From a virus (lineage: Duplodnaviria; Heunggongvirae; Uroviricota; Caudoviricetes): 43,887 bases of DNA. Position 1 is the first letter of the stretch; the number at the start of each line of letters is the position of its first letter. Positions 35,650 to 43,799 of this stretch are shown here, one piece after another. The position numbers and the translations under genes are program-made. The DNA lies in the IMG/VR virus record IMGVR_UViG_3300032007_000048, positions 64,001 to 107,887 of that record; one strand, 5' to 3'. The notes below the pieces were generated by a model. It made no database searches, was not told the DNA's origin, and saw nothing but the letters and a program-made list of their open reading frames with translations.

Positions 35650-35793
35650 AAAAAGTTTGTTTTTTTTTTTACATTTATTTATATATTAACAAAAGAGACA
35701 TCCTGAACGGTTAGTAAGGTCCCCTTGGGCGCGTTTTCGAATATGCAAGTAGCAGGGTTCGACTCCCTAATACGATGGGTTCCACAAAGGGGT

Positions 35794-35942
35794 AAGAATA
35801 ATAGGAAGCCGTACTTCCGAATTTACGCTTGTGGACTATCCAACTATGGATGACAGACTCAGCAATGAGGCACTAAAAAGTAGTGATAGGTTGAAGCAAG
35901 AAATTGAAACTTATAGGTTTTTATAAGTTTCTTTATACGGTG
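35794..35942 (+). ncRNA. Orphan copy of the TnpB guide-RNA (omega/reRNA) scaffold
   Basis: 35794-35904 aligns without gaps to 38546-38656 (97/111 identical by hand); both are followed by a hairpin and TATACGGTG; no tnpB ORF here. Confidence 0.82.
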
Positions 35943-35987
35943 GTTATGGTTTTTCGCCATGGTTTTCCTTATAAATCATGGCTTCAT

Positions 35988-36059
35988 GCCTCCTTAGTAT
36001 AAAGGTTATTATAACTGATTTGTAATCAGTAGATGTTGGTTCGATTCCGACAGGAGGCT
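35988..36059 (+). tRNA. tRNA-Thr(TGT)
   Basis: ACTGA-TTTGTAA-TCAGT. Confidence 0.92.
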
Positions 36060-36083
36060 CTAAATTTTTAAACACCACAAACA

Positions 36084-36860
36084 ATGAAAATAACTGAGTC
36101 TCAATTAAAAACAATAATATTTGAAAGCACAAAAACTGTGCTTAATGAAATAAAAGAAAACAACAGGAAGTCATTTCCTTCTGACGAAAGGATTAATGTT
36201 TCACATTATTCAGAAAATTCTTATTTGGTGCCAATAACTGAAACAAATGCCAAAAGGATGCTTGCAAGACATAGTGATAATGGTTATATTGTTATTAGTC
36301 CATGTAGGTCAAATCCTGAGGAATTAGGTATTAACCCTAATGACCCCAATGTTGAAGAAAAAAGCAAACATATTAATAACGAAAGAGTGAAGGATTTTAT
36401 TAATATTCTAAGAAAAAAACATCTTTCATATACACCGGTTTATGGTGGTTTTATCGAAAACCTTGGTTCTGAGACAGAAAAAAATGTTTATGAGAAATCA
36501 TTTATGGTCTATAACAGAACAACTGACGGTAATGTATTTGGAATAGATAAACTTTATGATTTCGGTATTGAAATGTCAAAAAAATATAATCAAGATTCTT
36601 TTTTATTTAAAAAGGGTAATGAAAACCCAAAATATATAACTAAAAACGGAGAGATTGATATGGAATTTGGCTCTGATGCTACTTTTAATGATTTCTCTCA
36701 GGAATATTTTACTGATTTACATAAAAATAGTGAAAAATACAAAAACAATGGCGGAAAGCCAACAAGATTTACTTTTGTTGAATCATATGTAAATCCGCCA
36801 TGTGGCTCAATTAGTTCAAGAGCACCAAGAAGTGCAAAAGGTGAAGTTTTTATATATTAA
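36084..36860 (+). CDS. Hypothetical protein (DUF3293-like), paralog of 26525..27202
   Basis: YIVISPCRS, YGGFIEN...EKSFMVYN, KYNQDSFLF; N-terminal ITESQLKTIIFEST motif. Confidence 0.65.
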   Translation: MKITESQLKTIIFESTKTVLNEIKENNRKSFPSDERINVSHYSENSYLVPITETNAKRMLARHSDNGYIVISPCRSNPEELGINPNDPNVEEKSKHINNERVKDFINILRKKHLSYTPVYGGFIENLGSETEKNVYEKSFMVYNRTTDGNVFGIDKLYDFGIEMSKKYNQDSFLFKKGNENPKYITKNGEIDMEFGSDATFNDFSQEYFTDLHKNSEKYKNNGGKPTRFTFVESYVNPPCGSISSRAPRSAKGEVFIY

Positions 36861-36892
36861 TTTTTTCCTCCTTGTCATTTCTTTGACAAGTT

Positions 36893-37253
36893 AAACACAA
36901 ACTTGTTCTATTTTTAGCATAGAACCTTGCCAAGTGCGTCAGGTAATAGCATGGAATAGTGTACATATGTCCATGTAATATGAGACCACAACGAACCGAT
37001 GGGATGCTGACATATCTTGTACTTAGGAACATAATACATAAATCCTAAGAGATGCACCTTGCCAACAGGTGGGTAAAACCTTGTAAAGAGAGATAGTGAT
37101 GAAAAACACTCTGCCGAGGCCAATGAGATAATATCAATAAAGGTGGTACAGCATCTGAAGTAGTTTAAAAGGGAAGTAAAACACTCCAAAGGTAATGCAA
37201 TCCTCGTAAAGCCGAGGTTCCTCAGTCGCAGTGATGTAGTAAAGTTTGTGTTT
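36893..37253 (+). ncRNA. Unidentified ~360-nt structured RNA candidate
   Basis: 12-bp closing stem AAACACAAACTT/AAGTTTGTGTTT, many internal stems, G.U pairs favour the + strand. Confidence 0.55.
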
Positions 37254-37421
37254 ATTTTAAAAAAAAAATAGTTTATTATCTGGGGGCTTCTAAACAATTT
37301 TTTCTCTTACAGGGTTATTAACAGTTAAATAAAATTCTAAGAAAAAGTCTTAATAATCAAGATTTTTTCAAAACATAAACTATTTATAAAAGGATTGGGT
37401 TATAAACCCCATTGTTTGATA

Positions 37422-38678
37422 ATGATATTAAGAACAGTTAAAATAAGGTTATATCCTAATAAGGAACAGGAACAAACACTTAACAAAGTGCTTGGATGCT
37501 ACCGATTTGTCTATAATCAAATGCTTGCACATAAACAAAAGGCTTATAATGCGGACAAAACTAATGTTGGTCTTTGCGAATTATCAAAATTCTTTCACGG
37601 AGAACTACTGAAAAACGAACAATATTCTTGGTTGAAAGAACAAAATACCAAGGTAATGAAACAAGCAATAAGACAGATGTTGTCTGCTTATGATGGCTTC
37701 TTTACTCTTGGTAAAGGGTTTCCTAAATTCAAAACCAAACACAACGACAATTCAGCATTGTTCCCTTATGAAGCAATATCTAAAACAAATACTTTTAAAA
37801 CTAAACATATCTCCTTAACTAAAAATCTGAAAAACCTGAAGTTCCGTTGTTCAAACTTATATTTCAATAGATTGAAAACCTATAAGGACAATATAAAGTG
37901 TGCTACCTTATCGAAAACCAAGAGTGGTAAATACTACTTATCTGTCCTTTTATCCATGAATGAAGAAGAATTCAGACAATTCAGACACACAGGTAACAGA
38001 GTTGGCATTGACCTTGGTGTAAAGGATTTTGTAATTACTTCTGATGGGGAAGTATTTGAAAATAAACACTTCTTTAAAAAAAGTGAAAACAAAATCAAAA
38101 AGTTACAAAGACAATTGTCCAAGAAAGCCAAAGGCTCAAACAACAGAAACAAGGCAAGAGTTAAACTTGCAAAAGAATTTGAACGTTTAAACAATCAAAG
38201 AATTGATTATGTTCACAGTGTTGTCAATTCATTATTGGAAAATTATGATTATGTTTTCATGGAGAACCTGAATGTTCAGGGGATGCTAAAGAATCATAAG
38301 TTATCTAAAGCAATACAAGAGGTTGGTTTTTATGCATTTAAAAATACACTAAAGAACAAAGCAATATTGAATAACAAGTTTGTGATTGAAGTTGACCGAT
38401 GGTTTGCAAGTTCAAAGACTTGTCACTGTTGTGGTTATGTTTACAAGGGACTGACACTTGACGAACGATTGTGGGATTGTCCTGAATGTGGAGAGCACCA
38501 TGATAGGGATTTGAATGCTGCGATTAACATTTTAAAGGAAGGAGAAAGAATAATAGGGAGCCGTACTCCCGAATATACGCTTGCGGAGAAACCAACTGTG
38601 GATGACAGACTCAGCAATGAGGTACTAAAAAGCAGTGTTTCGTTGAAACAAGAAATGGGAACTAAGAATTGTTCATAG
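37422..38678 (+). CDS. tnpB: RNA-guided endonuclease TnpB (no transposase in the window)
   Basis: MILRTVKIRLYP, RuvC VGIDLG / FMENL / DRDLNAA intact, zinc finger; start moved to ATG 37422; CTATTTAT at 37380. Confidence 0.92.
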   Translation: MILRTVKIRLYPNKEQEQTLNKVLGCYRFVYNQMLAHKQKAYNADKTNVGLCELSKFFHGELLKNEQYSWLKEQNTKVMKQAIRQMLSAYDGFFTLGKGFPKFKTKHNDNSALFPYEAISKTNTFKTKHISLTKNLKNLKFRCSNLYFNRLKTYKDNIKCATLSKTKSGKYYLSVLLSMNEEEFRQFRHTGNRVGIDLGVKDFVITSDGEVFENKHFFKKSENKIKKLQRQLSKKAKGSNNRNKARVKLAKEFERLNNQRIDYVHSVVNSLLENYDYVFMENLNVQGMLKNHKLSKAIQEVGFYAFKNTLKNKAILNNKFVIEVDRWFASSKTCHCCGYVYKGLTLDERLWDCPECGEHHDRDLNAAINILKEGERIIGSRTPEYTLAEKPTVDDRLSNEVLKSSVSLKQEMGTKNCS

Positions 38679-38704
38679 TTTTTCTTAGATTTCTATATAC
38701 GGTG
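38546..38704 (+). ncRNA. Cis guide-RNA scaffold overlapping the tnpB 3' end
   Basis: Homologous to 35794-35942; position typical of TnpB omega RNA. Confidence 0.8.
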
Positions 38705-39213
38705 TTTTAGGTTCTAATAAAGCAACTGAGGACAAGATTAAACTGTTTCCCAACATTAGGGACTGTGTTAGAGTTTGTGAAGATATAAAGGACAAGGTTA
38801 AAACTGTTACAGGAAAAAATGTGCTTGTTTGTGTATATGGTGATGGTTGTTTCCATAGTCCAATGATTAATGGTATTTTAGGTACTTCCATCAATGAATT
38901 TGCTGACCCAATTACAATGCCAGCTTATACTGACCCTGAAATATTTGAGTCAACACCTAATGAGATTAAAATTAAGGCATTTGCCGATGATAAGTATAAA
39001 GAGTTACATGGTACTGAACTTGATGATGCCATTAGGAATGAGGTTAAAGAAAACAATAACCATAATTTGGTAGGAAACATGACATCACAAGGTACCACAC
39101 CAAGGCAATATAGGGATTTGATTGCGTCACTTTGCGATTTGGTTAGTGGTTCAGGACAGAAAGGTACACCAATAGTTTTTATTAAAAATTACTTTGGAAC
39201 TTACGCCAGTTAA
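38698..39213 (+). pseudogene. C-terminal fragment of a coenzyme F420-0:glutamate ligase-like protein
   Basis: Open from YGVLGSNKATED through VYGDG, SQGTTPR, SLCDLVSGSGQKGTPIV; begins at the tnpB element end; N-terminal part not seen in the window. Confidence 0.55.
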
Positions 39214-39223
39214 ATATTAAAAT

Positions 39224-39254
39224 AAAAGCCATAGGTTTTTTCCTATGGCTTTTT
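39224..39254. terminator. Bidirectional intrinsic terminator
   Basis: AAAAGCCATAGG-loop-CCTATGGCTTTT between convergent ORFs. Confidence 0.85.
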
Positions 39255-39258
39255 GGTT

Positions 39259-39633
39259 TTATATCTGTTGGTTGTTCAACATAGACCTCAATTTAATTGC
39301 TTCTTCATCATCAAATGAATAAATGTCACCATCGTCATTTGTCTCATGGTTAAGGCATTTATAAAAATAACTTCTTGCGCTATCTTTATCTTTTTCTGGC
39401 CATAATTTATATGCGAATTGTGCTTTATCAATACCTTTTGATTTCAATTGGTTTATGACTCTTGACTTAGACTTTTTATCGTTGGACTTGGTTTCTTTAT
39501 CATCTTTTTTCTTATCATCAGATTTAGTTTCTTTGTCTTCAGATTTAGTCTCATTGTTATAATAATCAAAAAAACTTTCTCTAATAATTTTTTTGATTGT
39601 GCTTTTTAATATTTTTTCTTCCTTAATAGTCAT
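39259..39633 (-). CDS. Hypothetical protein
   Basis: 124 aa; N-terminal LKSTIKKIIRES motif; CTATTTAT at 39653-39660 on its strand. Confidence 0.7.
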   Translation of the reverse strand: MTIKEEKILKSTIKKIIRESFFDYYNNETKSEDKETKSDDKKKDDKETKSNDKKSKSRVINQLKSKGIDKAQFAYKLWPEKDKDSARSYFYKCLNHETNDDGDIYSFDDEEAIKLRSMLNNQQI

Positions 39634-39687
39634 AACATTAAATATTTTTATAATAAATAGTTAGAAATCTAAAAAGATACTGTGTTT

Positions 39688-39702
39688 CGGCACGATTTTT
39701 GT
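39688..39702 (+). promoter_or_regulatory. Sigma-54-like -24/-12 motif
   Basis: CGGCACG-ATTT-TTGT upstream of 39741. Confidence 0.5.
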
Positions 39703-39740
39703 AATAAAAATATGTGTTTTAAAAAAATTATTATTTTGTT

Positions 39741-39989
39741 ATGATTAGCGCATTGTTTAATGAATTTTATTGGTTTGGTCTTTTACTCAGTGGGTTTGTT
39801 GTGTTGGGTGTTCTGACAATCAAAACCATTTGTTATGATGAAAAGCATACAGTTGTGACATTGTTATGGTTTGTTCCAATTATATTCAGTTGGTATTACC
39901 TTGTTATTATTGTGGTTTGGTATGTACTTAAATTCATATGGTATATGCTTGAATGGGTTTGGCTAACATTAAAAGATATTTTTTGTTAA
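39741..39989 (+). CDS. Small membrane protein
   Basis: Hydrophobic 82-aa ORF. Confidence 0.6.
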   Translation: MISALFNEFYWFGLLLSGFVVLGVLTIKTICYDEKHTVVTLLWFVPIIFSWYYLVIIVVWYVLKFIWYMLEWVWLTLKDIFC

Positions 39990-40026
39990 AAAGAAAAAAA
40001 TTGATATTTTTGTAAAAAATAGTATT

Positions 40027-40512
40027 ATGCAATTTAAAGGAACACTTGTGATTACTGACCCCTGTTATTTGGTAAGTTATTATGGGTCATGTTTAATGAA
40101 AAGAGATACCATCTACGGTGATTGGTCATGTATGACATATCCAGGAAAAATGGAAGAAAATAACAAACCGATAGATTGGGATGACTATTATTTTAACTTT
40201 TTCAATGAATACAATTTTTCTGGTTTGGAAAAAGAAGAGAAGGAAAAAAAGTTAGAGACATTTAAAAAATTTAAAAACGAATGGAAAGATAACATTTTGG
40301 GTGAGTTTTGTGCTGACTCAGGTCAAGTGGGTGTTTTTGACTATGACAAACTAAATGATACTAATAAAGAATGGATAAAAACACATGATTGGTGTGCCAC
40401 TGTTATTGAAGATTTTGATGGAAATATTGAATTTGTTGTGGATACTAATAATAATTTGCATGTTGTTGGTACAGGAAACAAGGATTTTTTCACAGTCCAA
40501 AGCGAATTTTAA
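40027..40512 (+). CDS. Hypothetical phage protein
   Basis: LVITDPCY, TIYGDWSC, FCADSGQVGVF motifs. Confidence 0.7.
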   Translation: MQFKGTLVITDPCYLVSYYGSCLMKRDTIYGDWSCMTYPGKMEENNKPIDWDDYYFNFFNEYNFSGLEKEEKEKKLETFKKFKNEWKDNILGEFCADSGQVGVFDYDKLNDTNKEWIKTHDWCATVIEDFDGNIEFVVDTNNNLHVVGTGNKDFFTVQSEF

Positions 40513-40536
40513 ACTAAAAATTGATGTGCAATAAAT

Positions 40537-40971
40537 ATGACTACTGAAAATTATGTCTCGTTTGAGACAGCTAAACTTTTGGACGCAAATCAGTTTTATA
40601 GTGATGAATGTACTGCGATATACGACAATGGCGACTATGGAACATTTGTAAGAGATAGTGCAATTTTTGATTATGGCGCGGAGGACTACCTTCAATATAT
40701 GAATGGTGATGAATGGAAAAGATTTGGATATTATCTTGCTCCAACTCTTCAAATGGCAATGAAATGGTTGAGAGAGGAACATAACCTTCACTGTGATATT
40801 AGTTATGATTTCAGATTAGGCTGGTGTATTCAAATAACTTCCCTAAAAGAGGTTGTCCAAGACCATGATACGGAGATGAAAACCTATCTTCCACATAAAG
40901 CGGTTAACTATACCACTTATGAAGAAGCTGCTGATGCAGCAATAAAATATTGTTTAATAAATTTGATTTAG
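40537..40971 (+). CDS. Hypothetical phage protein, paralog of 41496..41909
   Basis: ENYVSFETAKLL, APTLQMAMKWLREEHN, YEEAADAAIKYCLINLI. Confidence 0.7.
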   Translation: MTTENYVSFETAKLLDANQFYSDECTAIYDNGDYGTFVRDSAIFDYGAEDYLQYMNGDEWKRFGYYLAPTLQMAMKWLREEHNLHCDISYDFRLGWCIQITSLKEVVQDHDTEMKTYLPHKAVNYTTYEEAADAAIKYCLINLI

Positions 40972-40973
40972 AT

Positions 40974-41477
40974 ATGACAAGAGAAGATGTAAAAAATTTG
41001 TTAAAGTTCATTATCCGCAAGTGTGACCTCATAATAAACAACAAAAACTATACGGCTGATGAATATGTACAGGATAAGGTTGAAGATATCGCTGAAATGT
41101 GCAATAGGGTTTTAGATGGACAATTCGGCGAAATTGTTCCCAATCCCAACGTTGCCGACGAGTCTTTTGTTATAGTGACGAACACTAAGACAGGAAAATG
41201 GTTTCGTGCAAAAAAATACAACCTTTCCGTAGATATGACTTTTAGGGTAACACCAAATGACATAAAGGATACCATCCCTGTTATTGGTACGTATCGTTTA
41301 GCCGATGTCATGACCATCACAAAGAAAGAACTTGTCGGCGACAATGCGGAAATTCATGTTGAAATTTTCAACAAAGATAAAATAAAACAAGATGAATTTT
41401 TCTTGTATAATGCTTGGATAAGTAGTATTAATTTTGAAACAAATGAAATTGTTCTTAGTTGTGACTGGATAGAATAA
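40974..41477 (+). CDS. Hypothetical protein
   Basis: Likely ATG 40974. Confidence 0.65.
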   Translation: MTREDVKNLLKFIIRKCDLIINNKNYTADEYVQDKVEDIAEMCNRVLDGQFGEIVPNPNVADESFVIVTNTKTGKWFRAKKYNLSVDMTFRVTPNDIKDTIPVIGTYRLADVMTITKKELVGDNAEIHVEIFNKDKIKQDEFFLYNAWISSINFETNEIVLSCDWIE

Positions 41478-41495
41478 CATAAAATTAATTTAGAT

Positions 41496-41909
41496 ATGAT
41501 AACAGAAGACTACGTTAGTTTTGAAACCGCTAAACTCTTGAAAGAGAAAGGGTTTGAAGGGAAGATGCACACATTCTATACTGAAAAAGGAACAGAAATG
41601 GAATCAGCGTATGTGGTTCCAAGCGCATTTTTCCCAATCTATCGTCCAACCCTTCAAATAGCCATGAAGTGGCTCAGGGAAGTGCATAATATACACATAG
41701 AGATAGAGGCGATAAAGCCATACGGTCGAGATGTGCTGTTACGCAGCGCAGTTCCCCTCAACGGGGTTAAGTATCACGCTTCAATCGTCCATATTGATAA
41801 ATGGAACGAGGACTTAAACGAATTCCAATGGAAAGGCATACCTTCCAGCGATTCTTATGAACAAGCCTGTGAAAAGGCCATTAAGTATTGCCTTGAAAAT
41901 TTGATTTAA
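41496..41909 (+). CDS. Hypothetical phage protein, paralog of 40537..40971
   Basis: EDYVSFETAKLL, RPTLQIAMKWLREVHN, YEQACEKAIKYCLENLI. Confidence 0.7.
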   Translation: MITEDYVSFETAKLLKEKGFEGKMHTFYTEKGTEMESAYVVPSAFFPIYRPTLQIAMKWLREVHNIHIEIEAIKPYGRDVLLRSAVPLNGVKYHASIVHIDKWNEDLNEFQWKGIPSSDSYEQACEKAIKYCLENLI

Positions 41910-41910
41910 T

Positions 41911-42045
41911 ATGACACGAGAAGAAAAGGAACAATTTAAACAAGATATTGAAATGCTTATGGAAATAGCATTTGATGGTGCATGTATAGGTCAATATGAA
42001 TTGAATTTATTAGAACGAATAAGAACAAGACTAAAAGAATTATGA
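41911..42045 (+). CDS. Small hypothetical protein (44 aa)
   Basis: MTREEKEQFKQD...LKEL fills the gap and overlaps the next start (ATGA). Confidence 0.55.
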   Translation: MTREEKEQFKQDIEMLMEIAFDGACIGQYELNLLERIRTRLKEL

Positions 42046-42431
42046 TACAACAAGATAAAGATTTACTTTTGCGTGATTTGAGCGCAAGGTTGCCTTATGG
42101 AGTAAAATGTCAAACAAAAAATGGCATAGGCACATTGATTAGTGTTGAATATTCGTTCGGAGAGAATCTTGTCTATGTTGATTTTGGCCGTTCAGAAGCA
42201 GAAGAATATGATTTGAACGATGGCGATACAGTAAAGCCTTATCTTCGTCCAATGTCTTCTATGACTGAGGAAGAGAAAGAAGAGATGGCTAAAATGTCAA
42301 CATTAATAAACTCTATTACATTGGTTAAAGAACTTGGAGATTGGCTTAACGCTCATTACCTTGATTACCGTGGACTTATACCTATGGGTTTAGCATTAGA
42401 AGCACCAGAGGATATGTATAAAACTGATTAA
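42042..42431 (+). CDS. Hypothetical phage protein
   Basis: LLLRDLSARLPYGVKC, KPYLRPMSSMTEEE, GLIPMGLALEAPEDMY. Confidence 0.7.
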   Translation: MIQQDKDLLLRDLSARLPYGVKCQTKNGIGTLISVEYSFGENLVYVDFGRSEAEEYDLNDGDTVKPYLRPMSSMTEEEKEEMAKMSTLINSITLVKELGDWLNAHYLDYRGLIPMGLALEAPEDMYKTD

Positions 42432-42434
42432 GTT

Positions 42435-42680
42435 ATGGATATAATTAAAACGCTTGGTGATTTTCGAAGATTAACCAAAGATTTGGATGACGATTTTTCT
42501 ATTGAATTTCGCATAAGAACAAGGGTTTCTGATGAAGAATTAAAAAACAGAAGGTATCCTTATCCTTATGACACTGAATACTTTGATGGGTTTGAGTTCG
42601 ATGATATTGGCCATAGTGATAAAGTGATATGCTTTGGAGTTACGTTGGAAGCACCTAAAGATATGTATAAAACTAAATAG
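42435..42680 (+). CDS. Hypothetical protein
   Basis: 81 aa; ends LEAPKDMYKTK, like the preceding ORF. Confidence 0.6.
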   Translation: MDIIKTLGDFRRLTKDLDDDFSIEFRIRTRVSDEELKNRRYPYPYDTEYFDGFEFDDIGHSDKVICFGVTLEAPKDMYKTK

Positions 42681-42683
42681 AGT

Positions 42684-43799
42684 ATGACAAGAGAAGAAGC
42701 AATAAATCTGGTTAAACAAGTATTACCTTGCTTGAATATTGATGAAAAAATTCGAGAAGGTTTTGAAACTCTTATTCCTGAACTCAAGGAGAGCGAGGAC
42801 GAGAGGATGCTTAGAGAAATTAAAAGGTACCTTAAAGAACAAGGTGATAAACCAACTGGATTGCCAAATGGTACTGTTGCTGTATCCGATATGATTGCTT
42901 GGCTCGAAAAAAATAAAGAGCAGAAGCCAGCAGAGTGGGACGAAGACACTAAAACCAATCTTGATAGAGCTTTGCAAATCATTAAGAAAGCAAAAGGTAC
43001 ACTCCAAGGTTATCAATCTGACGATGGTATCTATGAGTGTGATAAGGCAATTGAATGTCTTGAGCATTTTCTTTATAGAGGTCTTGAAACAGAGAAGTCA
43101 GTAGAGTGGAGTAAAAACGATACTGTCTTTCTTAATGAAATTACAGACTTTTTTGAAAACAAAACAGTTAGACTCCAGCACGAGCTAGACATGTATGCAC
43201 ATTGGTTAAAATCCCTTCCTGAAAGATTTATTCTCCAACCAAAACAAGAGTGGAGCGATGAAGATAAGAAATTGATAGACGATGTAATTAACAGTCTGTG
43301 TTGTTATCAGAATACCCTGTCGGATTATCAAAAAGAAATCGTTGGTGAAGAAATACGAAAACTCAAATTACTCAAGCCACAGCTAAAGCAAGAGTGGAGC
43401 GAGGAGGATGAAAAGTGTATCAAAGACATTATTGATTGCCTTAAATATCTTGAGATGAAGGACACAGAACGACAATATAACGGAGACCGAATTGTCAATC
43501 CAAGACGTTATGCAGATATGATTGCTAAACTCAAATCCCTCCGTCCTCAATCAAAGCAAGAATGGAGCGATGAGGATAAAGGCTTATTGCTTAAGTGTAT
43601 TTCAGCACTTCAGAATAGTGGCAATTGGTTTCTTGCGGATAAACTCTCATCCCTCTGTCCCCAGCCTTCATGGAAGCCCACAGAGGAGCAAATGAGGGCA
43701 TTGGATAAGGCAATCCCTTTGTGTCTGGGAGTGGTTGGGCGTAATGAAATTGCGCCTCTGGAATCTCTCTACGAACAACTCAAGAAACTACAGAGTTAA
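42684..43799 (+). CDS. Hypothetical phage protein with repeated PKQEWSxEDxK modules
   Basis: EWDEDTK, EWSKNDT, QPKQEWSDEDKK, KQEWSEEDEK, KQEWSDEDK, SWKPTEEQM. Confidence 0.7.
   Translation: MTREEAINLVKQVLPCLNIDEKIREGFETLIPELKESEDERMLREIKRYLKEQGDKPTGLPNGTVAVSDMIAWLEKNKEQKPAEWDEDTKTNLDRALQIIKKAKGTLQGYQSDDGIYECDKAIECLEHFLYRGLETEKSVEWSKNDTVFLNEITDFFENKTVRLQHELDMYAHWLKSLPERFILQPKQEWSDEDKKLIDDVINSLCCYQNTLSDYQKEIVGEEIRKLKLLKPQLKQEWSEEDEKCIKDIIDCLKYLEMKDTERQYNGDRIVNPRRYADMIAKLKSLRPQSKQEWSDEDKGLLLKCISALQNSGNWFLADKLSSLCPQPSWKPTEEQMRALDKAIPLCLGVVGRNEIAPLESLYEQLKKLQS

Noticed and set aside
36880-37253. tmRNA or RNase P RNA
   Set aside because: No tRNA-like domain, no Ala-Ala tag end, no GAGGAAAGUCC signature.
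36914-37297. 127-aa minus-strand ORF
   Set aside because: No start context or recognisable motif; region is better explained by base pairing.
36893-38702. IStron (group I intron plus tnpB)
   Set aside because: Best P7 candidate (GAGACCAC/GTGGTAC) lacks the G-C binding pair, and no 5' exon of the downstream gene is present.
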